DNA of 64,000 nucleotides, taken from Paraphysomonas bandaiensis. Taxonomy: Eukaryota; Protista; Chrysophyceae. The notes beneath the pieces were generated by a model that saw only the letters and a list, made by a program, of their open reading frames with translations, made no database searches and had not been told where the DNA came from. Position numbers and translations under genes: made by a program. Below, in pieces: positions 48,283-62,200 of the stretch. How positions within the stretch are numbered: position 1 is the first letter of the stretch; every line of letters begins with the position of its first letter. The stretch covers positions 124,001 through 188,000 of the forward strand of contig CBFFRP010000645.1 of assembly GCA_965644295.1 (NCBI GenBank). Reading direction: 5' to 3'.

Positions 48283-49341
48283 TGTGACCACGTGGCATTT
48301 CACATGCCTCAGTCACGTGTCTATAGTAAGTGCAAAACTACTAACTACGGGATGAAGACAGAGACGATAGAAGTATCAGAAACATATCATTATTACGCTA
48401 CAGATTACTGAAGAACTAGCACTAGGACTGGAGGTACAATTTCCCATAATCTGCCAACAGCTCTTCGCCGGCCGCAACTGCCCGAGTGGTCTGCACCCAG
48501 ACCACGTCCAAGCCGGACTCATCTACTACAAATTCGCAGTTGAAGCGCCAGCCAGCAGCATGGTCAGAAGGATACACCGTGTTTATATACCTACCATGAT
48601 TATGAGGCACCCGGGCCAAATAAGCTTGGGACCCCAGCGGCCAAAGGTAACCCATGTCCCGAGTGTCCCGCTCCGCATCTATATAGAAGTCCTTAGCCAT
48701 CTCAAGTATATATGCTCCCCAGCTGGGACGGGAGGTATACACTTCACCGCTGTAGAGGCAGAAACGCAGTCCTAGCTCTAAATCCTGTAAGGAGAATAAA
48801 CCTTGCTGTTCAGGCTTATCGCCCTGAGGGTTGGTGGATCTGTAGTGGCAGACATTGTTTATGCAGCAATGGATATGATGTATGTATCTGATGTGGACAT
48901 TGGTTCTTAGTCTGAGATAGTAGATGTAGGAAAAGCATCATACGGTATGCTGCACACTCACATACATGTTGGTCCATTGTAATACAGTAGCAGTACTCTG
49001 AATACGCAGTATTCAACGGCTAATTTACAAACTGGCGAGTGTGGTGTGTGGTGTCATCGCGAGTGTGGTGTGTTGTGCTTGTTCTATGTTGCATTGCTTT
49101 ACAGCTCAGTGTTTTGTTAAGTGTTGTTCTGTTTGTACACTAGTGTTCTGACTTCACTGGAGGTGGGGTTTGCGCGGTGATTCTTGGAGGGAGTCACTAG
49201 TACAAGCTTGCAACGCTTGACATACTGTTTAGAGTAATAATCATCCTGTTCTCCTGCAATCAGACGTACATATAGCTCTGGTTAACTCATTGTGTTTGTT
49301 TCTGCTGCACAGCCTTGGTTATCAAACCTGGCTGTGTCATA
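48283..49341 (+). repeat. Gypsy 3' LTR (1059 bp), preceded by an A-rich polypurine tract at about 48253-48282
   Basis: Repeat of the 5' LTR; preceded by a long A run then gggaggcggggcaa. Confidence 0.95.
48422..48937 (-). CDS. Second copy of the LTR-borne SET-domain frame
   Basis: Same translation as 40870-41385. Confidence 0.8.
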   Translation of the reverse strand, partial: CFSYIYYLRLRTNVHIRYIHHIHCCINNVCHYRSTNPQGDKPEQQGLFSLQDLELGLRFCLYSGEVYTSRPSWGAYILEMAKDFYIDAERDTRDMGYLWPLGSQAYLARVPHNHGRYINTVYPSDHAAGWRFNCEFVVDESGLDVVWVQTTRAVAAGEELLADYGKLYLQS

Positions 49342-50075
49342 GGCTCACGATGTGTCTGAGGCACTGTTGACTCTTCCGCTGACATCCACACTGAGTCTGC
49401 CTCCTGCAATAGGTCACTCACATCACCCTCATCACTCAAATGATGGATTTGTCCTAACACTGACACATTCGTTACTGTCCTTGGAGTTCTTGCACGTTTG
49501 TCAGTAGCTCTGGCCCTAACCACCCTCTGCGCAAGATCCTCTGTCATCTTCTTGATGTCAGCAATGTGATTAGGAGTTTTATCCTCCACTTGAAACTGGT
49601 TACCAGTAACCACAACGACCAGTATCCCACAATAAGCCCCTTTCTTATCAGCACTCTGTTGGTCTTGTATAGCAGACCACCGTCCTCATGCTTTCCGATA
49701 AGATACTCAAACTCACCCGGTTGGTGAGCCTTGGGGTATATAGCCACTTGAGCCTCCTCCAGCTCTCTATAATAATCTTTTGACCTCTCAGGTACCGATT
49801 CATCAAACAATACATGTACAGAGTGTACTACGGTGTCCCCCACTAGCACCTTGTATCCTTTTCGATCAGCTGGATACCCTATGAAGTAACCTGTAATTGC
49901 TTTGTCCTCCCAGTCCTTTCTCCTGTCGGCCTTGGGTGTTAGCACGTATGCTTTACACTCCCATTTCCGTAGCCACAATAGGCTAGGAACGCTCCCCCCT
50001 GGGACACACTCATATGGAGACATCCATTCTTGCCACGTCCGAGTTGGCATTCGTCGCACAATATGACTGTGTACA
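49342..50075 (-). pseudogene. Decayed copia integrase C-terminal region and linker (upstream part of the interrupted element; 5' portion missing)
   Basis: SPYE, LRKWECKAYVL, KAITGYFIGY, KGYKV, HVLFDE are typical post-integrase copia motifs; frameshifted. Confidence 0.85.
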
Positions 50076-50262
50076 CCCATGGACAAAGGCAAGTGATGTC
50101 ATTGCACCAGAGGATGTTATGTCTCCATCTGCTCATGGTAATCTCGGAGAGCTTCCTCACGAGACTTCCCTAAGAATGCTAAAGCATCCCTAAACTGAGC
50201 TGGCAGTTCAGCTCCTCATCCACCGGTATAATAACATCACTTGCTTTTGTCCATGGGTTATA
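50076..50262 (-). pseudogene. Fragment of a related gypsy pol (protease-RT linker) with a short inverted duplicate
   Basis: Minus strand reads PWTKASDVIIP..ELPAQFRDALAFLGKSREEALRDYHEQMET, matching Pol PWSKANDAIAP..ELPVQFKDALTFLGKSREEALNDYYEQIET (about 44765-44905). Plus strand 50076-50114 reads PWTKASDVIAPED. Confidence 0.85.
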
Positions 50263-50267
50263 TTGTG

Positions 50268-53200
50268 CAACCATCACGACAAGTGCTGACAGTACGGGTT
50301 ATCCCATTCATGGCCTATCTCTCGCAATATGCCCACGACCATACCTATGAAACAATACATACCATTATAAACACATGCACGCAAACATATATAACCCAAA
50401 CCACAAAATAATAATACATACATGGCACACAACTATAGCATCAGACTAGGGTTATTTAAGACTATCATCATATTCGAAAATCGATTGAAACGTCCTTGAA
50501 TAAGTATCATGTGCTACGATGATTGGTATGCCATGCCCACAACTACACCACATTACATAGACACAACATATATCCATACAGGTACACATACCGGATGACC
50601 ACACAATCAATGTGCGGTAGCTCATAATCAACCATCACGACAAGTGCTGACAGTACGGGTTATCCCATTCATGGCCTATCTCTCGCAATATGCCCACGAC
50701 CATACCTATGAAACAATACATACCATTATAAACACATGCACGCAAACATATATAACCCAAACCACAAAATAATAATACATACATGGCACACAACTATAGC
50801 ATCAGACTAGGGTTATTTAAGACTATCATCATATTCGAAAATCGATTGAAACGTCCTTGAATAAGTATCATGTGCTACGATGATTGGTATGCCATGCCCA
50901 CAACTACACCACATTACATAGACACAACAGATATCCATACAGGTACACATACCGGATGACCACACAATCAATGTGCGGTAGCTCATAATCAACCATCACG
51001 ACAAGTGCTGACAGTACGGGTTATCCCATTCATGGCCTATCTCTCGCAATATGCCCACGACCATACCTATGAAACAATACATACCATTATAAACACATGC
51101 ACGCAAACATATATAACCCAAACCACAAAATAATAATACATACATGGCACACAACTATAGCATCAGACTAGGGTTATTTAAGACTATCATCATATTCGAA
51201 AATCGATTGAAACGTCCTTGAATAAGTATCATGTGCTACGATGATTGGTATGCCATGCCCACAACTACACCACATTACATAGACACAACAGATATCCATA
51301 CAGGTACACATACCGGATGACCACACAATCAATGTGCGGTAGCTCATAATCAACCATCACGACAAGTGCTGACAGTACGGGTTATCCCATTCATGGCCTA
51401 TCTCTCGCAATATGCCCACGACCATACCTATGAAACAATACATACCATTATAAACACATGCACGCAAACATATATAACCCAAACCACAAAATAATAATAC
51501 ATACATGGCACACAACTATAGCATCAGACTAGGGTTATTTAAGACTATCATCATATTCGAAAATCGATTGAAACGTCCTTGAATAAGTATCATGTGCTAC
51601 GATGATTGGTATGCCATGCCCACAACTACACCACATTACATAGACACAACATATATCCATACAGGTACACATACCGGATGACCACACAATCAATGTGCGG
51701 TAGCTCATAATCAACCATCACGACAAGTGCTGACAGTACGGGTTATCCCATTCATGGCCTATCTCTCGCAATATGCCCACGACCATACCTATGAAATAAC
51801 ACATACCATTATAAACACATGCACGCAAACATATAAAACCCAAACCACAAAATAATAATACATACATGGCACACAACTATAGCATCAGACTAGGGTTATT
51901 TAAGACTATCATCATATTCGAAAATCGATTGAAACGTCCTTGAATAAGTATCATGTGCTACGATAATTGGTATGCCATGCCCACAACTACACCACATTAC
52001 ATAGACACAACATATATCCATACAGGTACACATACCGGATGACCACACAATCAATGTGCGGTAGCTCATAATCAACCATCACGACAAGTGCTGACAGTAC
52101 GGGTTATCCCATTCATGGCCTATCTCTCGCAATATGCCCACGACCATACCTATGAAACAATACATACCATTATAAACACATGCACGCAAACATATATAAC
52201 CCAAACCACAAAATAATAATACATACATGGCACACAACTATAGCATCAGACTAGGGTTATTTAAGACTATCATCATATTCGAAAATCGATTGAAACGTCC
52301 TTGAATAAGTATCATGTGCTACGATGATTGGTATGCCATGCCCACAACTACACCACATTACATAGACACAACATATATCCATACAGGTACACATACCGGA
52401 TGACCACACAATCAATGTGCGGTAGCTCATAATCAACCATCACGACAAGTGCTGACAGTACGGGTTATCCCATTCATGGCCTATCTCTCGCAATATGCCC
52501 ACGACCATACCTATGAAACAATACATACCATTATAAACACATGCACGCAAACATATAAAACCCAAACCACAAAATAATAATACATACATGGCACACAACT
52601 ATAGCATCAGACTAGGGTTATTTAAGACTATCATCATATTCGAAAATCGATTGAAACGTCCTTGAATAAGTATCATGTGCTACGATGATTGGTATGCCAT
52701 GCCCACAACTACACCACATTACATAGACACAACATATATCCATACAGGTACACATACCGGATGACCACACAATCAATGTGCGGTAGCTCATAATCAACCA
52801 TCACGACAAGTGCTGACAGTACGGGTTATCCCATTCATGGCCTATCTCTCGCAATATGCCCACGACCATACCTATGAAACAATACATACCATTATAAACA
52901 CATGCACGCAAACATATAAAACCCAAACCACAAAATAATAATACATACATGGCACACAACTATAGCATCAGACTAGGGTTATTTAAGACTATCATCATAT
53001 TCGAAAATCGATTGAAACGTCCTTGAATAAGTATCATGTGCTACGATGATTGGTATGCCATGCCCACAACTACACCACATTACATAGACACAACATATAT
53101 CCATACAGGTACACATACCGGATGACCACACAATCAATGTGCGGTAACTCATAATCAACCATCACGACAAGTGCTGACAGTACGGGTTATCCCATTCATG

Positions 53201-56200
53201 GCCTATCTCTCGCAATATGCCCACGACCATACCTATGAAACAATACATACCATTATAAACACATGCACGCAAACATATATAACCCAAACCACAAAATAAT
53301 AATACATACATGGCACACAACTATAGCATCAGACTAGGGTTATTTAAGACTATCATCATATTCGAAAATCGATTGAAACGTCCTTGAATAAGTATCATGT
53401 GCTACGATGATTGGTATGCCATGCCCACAACTACACCACATTACATAGACACAACATATATCCATACAGGTACACATACCGGATGACCACACAATCAATG
53501 TGCGGTAGCTCATAATCAACCATCACGACAAGTGCTGACAGTACGGGTTATCCCATTCATGGCCTATCTCTCGCAATATGCCCACGACCATACCTATGAA
53601 ACAATACATACCATTATAAACACATGCACGCAAACATATAAAACCCAAACCACAAAATAATAATACATACATGGCACACAACTATAGCATCAGACTAGGG
53701 TTATTTAAGACTATCATCATATTCGAAAATCGATTGAAACGTCCTTGAATAAGTATCATGTGCTACGATGATTGGTATGCCATGCCCACAACTACACCAC
53801 ATTACATAGACACAACATATATCCATACAGGTACACATACCGGATGACCACACAATCAATGTGCGGTAGCTCATAATCAACCATCACGACAAGTGCTGAC
53901 AGTACGGGTTATCCCATTCATGGCCTATCTCTCGCAATATGCCCACGACCATACCTATGAAACAATACATACCATTATAAACACATGCACGCAAACATAT
54001 AAAACCCAAACCACAAAATAATAATACATACATGGCACACAACTATAGCATCAGACTAGGGTTATTTAAGACTATCATCATATTCGAAAATCGATTGAAA
54101 CGTCCTTGAATAAGTATCATGTGCTACGATGATTGGTATGCCATGCCCACAACTACACCACATTACATAGACACAACATATATCCATACAGGTACACATA
54201 CCGGATGACCACACAATCAATGTGCGGTAGCTCATAATCAACCATCACGACAAGTGCTGACAGTACGGGTTATCCCATTCATGGCCTATCTCTCGCAATA
54301 TGCCCACGACCATACCTATGAAACAATACATACCATTATAAACACATGCACGCAAACATATAAAACCCAAACCACAAAATAATAATACATACATGGCACA
54401 CAACTATAGCATCAGACTAGGGTTATTTAAGACTATCATCATATTCGAAAATCGATTGAAACGTCCTTGAATAAGTATCATGTGCTACGATGATTGGTAT
54501 GCCATGCCCACAACTACACCACATTACATAGACACAACATATATCCATACAGGTACACATACCGGATGACCACACAATCAATGTGCGGTAGCTCATAATC
54601 AACCATCACGACAAGTGCTGACAGTACGGGTTATCCCATTCATGGCCTATCTCTCGCAATATGCCCACGACCATACCTATGAAACAATACATACCATTAT
54701 AAACACATGCACGCAAACATATATAACCCAAACCACAAAATAATAATACATACATGGCACACAACTATAGCATCAGACTAGGGTTATTTAAGACTATCAT
54801 CATATTCGAAAATCGATTGAAACGTCCTTGAATAAGTATCATGTGCTACGATGATTGGTATGCCATGCCCACAACTACACCACATTACATAGACACAACA
54901 GATATCCATACAGGTACACATACCGGATGACCACACAATCAATGTGCGGTAGCTCATAATCAACCATCACGACAAGTGCTGACAGTACGGGTTATCCCAT
55001 TCATGGCCTATCTCTCGCAATATGCCCACGACCATACCTATGAAACAATACATACCATTATAAACACATGCACGCAAACATATATAACCCAAACCACAAA
55101 ATAATAATACATACATGGCACACAACTATAGCATCAGACTAGGGTTATTTAAGACTATCATCATATTCGAAAATCGATTGAAACGTCCTTGAATAAGTAT
55201 CATGTGCTACGATGATTGGTATGCCATGCCCACAACTACACCACATTACATAGACACAACATATATCCATACAGGTACACATACCGGATGACCACACAAT
55301 CAATGTGCGGTAGCTCATAATCAACCATCACGACAAGTGCTGACAGTACGGGTTATCCCATTCATGGCCTATCTCTCGCAATATGCCCACGACCATACCT
55401 ATGAAACAATACATACCATTATAAACACATGCACGCAAACATATATAACCCAAACCACAAAATAATAATACATACATGGCACACAACTATAGCATCAGAC
55501 TAGGGTTATTTAAGACTATCATCATATTCGAAAATCGATTGAAACGTCCTTGAATAAGTATCATGTGCTACGATGATTGGTATGCCATGCCCACAACTAC
55601 ACCACATTACATAGACACAACATATATCCATACAGGTACACATACCGGATGACCACACAATCAATGTGCGGTAGCTCATAATCAACCATCACGACAAGTG
55701 CTGACAGTACGGGTTATCCCATTCATGGCCTATCTCTCGCAATATGCCCACGACCATACCTATGAAACAATACATACCATTATAAACACATGCACGCAAA
55801 CATATATAACCCAAACCACAAAATAATAATACATACATGGCACACAACTATAGCATCAGACTAGGGTTATTTAAGACTATCATCATATTCGAAAATCGAT
55901 TGAAACGTCCTTGAATAAGTATCATGTGCTACGATGATTGGTATGCCATGCCCACAACTACACCACATTACATAGACACAACAGATATCCATACAGGTAC
56001 ACATACCGGATGACCACACAATCAATGTGCGGTAGCTCATAATCAACCATCACGACAAGTGCTGACAGTACGGGTTATCCCATTCATGGCCTATCTCTCG
56101 CAATATGCCCACGACCATACCTATGAAACAATACATACCATTATAAACACATGCACGCAAACATATATAACCCAAACCACAAAATAATAATACATACATG

Positions 56201-59200
56201 GCACACAACTATAGCATCAGACTAGGGTTATTTAAGACTATCATCATATTCGAAAATCGATTGAAACGTCCTTGAATAAGTATCATGTGCTACGATGATT
56301 GGTATGCCATGCCCACAACTACACCACATTACATAGACACAACATATATCCATACAGGTACACATACCGGATGACCACACAATCAATGTGCGGTAGCTCA
56401 TAATCAACCATCACGACAAGTGCTGACAGTACGGGTTATCCCATTCATGGCCTATCTCTCGCAATATGCCCACGACCATACCTATGAAACAATACATACC
56501 ATTATAAACACATGCACGCAAACATATATAACCCAAACCACAAAATAATAATACATACATGGCACACAACTATAGCATCAGACTAGGGTTATTTAAGACT
56601 ATCATCATATTCGAAAATCGATTGAAACGTCCTTGAATAAGTATCATGTGCTACGATGATTGGTATGCCATGCCCACAACTACACCACATTACATAGACA
56701 CAACATATATCCATACAGGTACACATACCGGATGACCACACAATCAATGTGCGGTAGCTCATAATCAACCATCACGACAAGTGCTGACAGTACGGGTTAT
56801 CCCATTCATGGCCTATCTCTCGCAATATGCCCACGACCATACCTATGAAACAATACATACCATTATAAACACATGCACGCAAACATATATAACCCAAACC
56901 ACAAAATAATAATACATACATGGCACACAACTATAGCATCAGACTAGGGTTATTTAAGACTATCATCATATTCGAAAATCGATTGAAACGTCCTTGAATA
57001 AGTATCATGTGCTACGATGATTGGTATGCCATGCCCACAACTACACCACATTACATAGACACAACATATATCCATACAGGTACACATACCGGATGACCAC
57101 ACAATCAATGTGCGGTAGCTCATAATCAACCATCACGACAAGTGCTGACAGTACGGGTTATCCCATTCATGGCCTATCTCTCGCAATATGCCCACGACCA
57201 TACCTATGAAACAATACATACCATTATAAACACATGCACGCAAACATATATAACCCAAACCACAAAATAATAATACATACATGGCACACAACTATAGCAT
57301 CAGACTAGGGTTATTTAAGACTATCATCATATTCGAAAATCGATTGAAACGTCCTTGAATAAGTATCATGTGCTACGATGATTGGTATGCCATGCCCACA
57401 ACTACACCACATTACATAGACACAACATATATCCATACAGGTACACATACCGGATGACCACACAATCAATGTGCGGTAGCTCATAATCAACCATCACGAC
57501 AAGTGCTGACAGTACGGGTTATCCCATTCATGGCCTATCTCTCGCAATATGCCCACGACCATACCTATGAAACAATACATACCATTATAAACACATGCAC
57601 GCAAACATATATAACCCAAACCACAAAATAATAATACATACATGGCACACAACTATAGCATCAGACTAGGGTTATTTAAGACTATCATCATATTCGAAAA
57701 TCGATTGAAACGTCCTTGAATAAGTATCATGTGCTACGATGATTGGTATGCCATGCCCACAACTACACCACATTACATAGACACAACATATATCCATACA
57801 GGTACACATACCGGATGACCACACAATCAATGTGCGGTAGCTCATAATCAACCATCACGACAAGTGCTGACAGTACGGGTTATCCCATTCATGGCCTATC
57901 TCTCGCAATATGCCCACGACCATACCTATGAAACAATACATACCATTATAAACACATGCACGCAAACATATATAACCCAAACCACAAAATAATAATACAT
58001 ACATGGCACACAACTATAGCATCAGACTAGGGTTATTTAAGACTATCATCATATTCGAAAATCGATTGAAACGTCCTTGAATAAGTATCATGTGCTACGA
58101 TGATTGGTATGCCATGCCCACAACTACACCACATTACATAGACACAACATATATCCATACAGGTACACATACCGGATGACCACACAATCAATGTGCGGTA
58201 GCTCATAATCAACCATCACGACAAGTGCTGACAGTACGGGTTATCCCATTCATGGCCTATCTCTCGCAATATGCCCACGACCATACCTATGAAACAATAC
58301 ATACCATTATAAACACATGCACGCAAACATATATAACCCAAACCACAAAATAATAATACATACATGGCACACAACTATAGCATCAGACTAGGGTTATTTA
58401 AGACTATCATCATATTCGAAAATCGATTGAAACGTCCTTGAATAAGTATCATGTGCTACGATGATTGGTATGCCATGCCCACAACTACACCACATTACAT
58501 AGACACAACATATATCCATACAGGTACACATACCGGATGACCACACAATCAATGTGCGGTAGCTCATAATCAACCATCACGACAAGTGCTGACAGTACGG
58601 GTTATCCCATTCATGGCCTATCTCTCGCAATATGCCCACGACCATACCTATGAAACAATACATACCATTATAAACACATGCACGCAAACATATATAACCC
58701 AAACCACAAAATAATAATACATACATGGCACACAACTATAGCATCAGACTAGGGTTATTTAAGACTATCATCATATTCGAAAATCGATTGAAACGTCCTT
58801 GAATAAGTATCATGTGCTACGATGATTGGTATGCCATGCCCACAACTACACCACATTACATAGACACAACATATATCCATACAGGTACACATACCGGATG
58901 ACCACACAATCAATGTGCGGTAGCTCATAATCAACCATCACGACAAGTGCTGACAGTACGGGTTATCCCATTCATGGCCTATCTCTCGCAATATGCCCAC
59001 GACCATACCTATGAAACAATACATACCATTATAAACACATGCACGCAAACATATATAACCCAAACCACAAAATAATAATACATACATGGCACACAACTAT
59101 AGCATCAGACTAGGGTTATTTAAGACTATCATCATATTCGAAAATCGATTGAAACGTCCTTGAATAAGTATCATGTGCTACGATGATTGGTATGCCATGC

Positions 59201-62200
59201 CCACAACTACACCACATTACATAGACACAACATATATCCATACAGGTACACATACCGGATGACCACACAATCAATGTGCGGTAGCTCATAATCAACCATC
59301 ACGACAAGTGCTGACAGTACGGGTTATCCCATTCATGGCCTATCTCTCGCAATATGCCCACGACCATACCTATGAAACAATACATACCATTATAAACACA
59401 TGCACGCAAACATATATAACCCAAACCACAAAATAATAATACATACATGGCACACAACTATAGCATCAGACTAGGGTTATTTAAGACTATCATCATATTC
59501 GAAAATCGATTGAAACGTCCTTGAATAAGTATCATGTGCTACGATGATTGGTATGCCATGCCCACAACTACACCACATTACATAGACACAACAGATATCC
59601 ATACAGGTACACATACCGGATGACCACACAATCAATGTGCGGTAGCTCATAATCAACCATCACGACAAGTGCTGACAGTACGGGTTATCCCATTCATGGC
59701 CTATCTCTCGCAATATGCCCACGACCATACCTATGAAACAATACATACCATTATAAACACATGCACGCAAACATATATAACCCAAACCACAAAATAATAA
59801 TACATACATGGCACACAACTATAGCATCAGACTAGGGTTATTTAAGACTATCATCATATTCGAAAATCGATTGAAACGTCCTTGAATAAGTATCATGTGC
59901 TACGATGATTGGTATGCCATGCCCACAACTACACCACATTACATAGACACAACATATATCCATACAGGTACACATACCGGATGACCACACAATCAATGTG
60001 CGGTAGCTCATAATCAACCATCACGACAAGTGCTGACAGTACGGGTTATCCCATTCATGGCCTATCTCTCGCAATATGCCCACGACCATACCTATGAAAC
60101 AATACATACCATTATAAACACATGCACGCAAACATATATAACCCAAACCACAAAATAATAATACATACATGGCACACAACTATAGCATCAGACTAGGGTT
60201 ATTTAAGACTATCATCATATTCGAAAATCGATTGAAACGTCCTTGAATAAGTATCATGTGCTACGATGATTGGTATGCCATGCCCACAACTACACCACAT
60301 TACATAGACACAACATATATCCATACAGGTACACATACCGGATGACCACACAATCAATGTGCGGTAGCTCATAATCAACCATCACGACAAGTGCTGACAG
60401 TACGGGTTATCCCATTCATGGCCTATCTCTCGCAATATGCCCACGACCATACCTATGAAACAATACATACCATTATAAACACATGCACGCAAACATATAT
60501 AACCCAAACCACAAAATAATAATACATACATGGCACACAACTATAGCATCAGACTAGGGTTATTTAAGACTATCATCATATTCGAAAATCGATTGAAACG
60601 TCCTTGAATAAGTATCATGTGCTACGATGATTGGTATGCCATGCCCACAACTACACCACATTACATAGACACAACATATATCCATACAGGTACACATACC
60701 GGATGACCACACAATCAATGTGCGGTAGCTCATAATCAACCATCACGACAAGTGCTGACAGTACGGGTTATCCCATTCATGGCCTATCTCTCGCAATATG
60801 CCCACGACCATACCTATGAAACAATACATACCATTATAAACACATGCACGCAAACATATATAACCCAAACCACAAAATAATAATACATACATGGCACACA
60901 ACTATAGCATCAGACTAGGGTTATTTAAGACTATCATCATATTCGAAAATCGATTGAAACGTCCTTGAATAAGTATCATGTGCTACGATGATTGGTATGC
61001 CATGCCCACAACTACACCACATTACATAGACACAACATATATCCATACAGGTACACATACCGGATGACCACACAATCAATGTGCGGTAGCTCATAATCAA
61101 CCATCACGACAAGTGCTGACAGTACGGGTTATCCCATTCATGGCCTATCTCTCGCAATATGCCCACGACCATACCTATGAAACAATACATACCATTATAA
61201 ACACATGCACGCAAACATATATAACCCAAACCACAAAATAATAATACATACATGGCACACAACTATAGCATCAGACTAGGGTTATTTAAGACTATCATCA
61301 TATTCGAAAATCGATTGAAACGTCCTTGAATAAGTATCATGTGCTACGATGATTGGTATGCCATGCCCACAACTACACCACATTACATAGACACAACATA
61401 TATCCATACAGGTACACATACCGGATGACCACACAATCAATGTGCGGTAGCTCATAATCAACCATCACGACAAGTGCTGACAGTACGGGTTATCCCATTC
61501 ATGGCCTATCTCTCGCAATATGCCCACGACCATACCTATGAAACAATACATACCATTATAAACACATGCACGCAAACATATATAACCCAAACCACAAAAT
61601 AATAATACATACATGGCACACAACTATAGCATCAGACTAGGGTTATTTAAGACTATCATCATATTCGAAAATCGATTGAAACGTCCTTGAATAAGTATCA
61701 TGTGCTACGATGATTGGTATGCCATGCCCACAACTACACCACATTACATAGACACAACATATATCCATACAGGTACACATACCGGATGACCACACAATCA
61801 ATGTGCGGTAGCTCATAATCAACCATCACGACAAGTGCTGACAGTACGGGTTATCCCATTCATGGCCTATCTCTCGCAATATGCCCACGACCATACCTAT
61901 GAAACAATACATACCATTATAAACACATGCACGCAAACATATATAACCCAAACCACAAAATAATAATACACATGGCACACAACTATAGCATCAGACTAGG
62001 GTTATTTAAGACTATCATCATATTCGAAAATCGATTGAAACGTCCTTGAATAAGTATCATGTGCTACGATGATTGGTATGCCATGCCCACAACTACACCA
62101 CATTACATAGACACAACATATATCCATACAGGTACACATACCGGATGACCACACAATCAACGTGCGGTAGCTCATAATCAACCATCACGACAAGTGCTGA

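Larger units (their letters stand above)
40731..49341 (+). mobile_element. Full-length Ty3/gypsy LTR retrotransposon nested in the copia element
   Basis: LTRs at 40731-41789 and 48283-49341 (offset 7552, termini TGTGAC...GTCATA). TSD GGCT at 40727-40730 and 49342-49345. PPT before 48283. Removing the element restores the copia frame VPQTHREP|LESAEHREW. Confidence 0.97.

Noticed and set aside
50446-50456. Telomere-like TAGGGTT / TAACCC words in the satellite
   Set aside because: Isolated single words, not tandem telomeric repeats.
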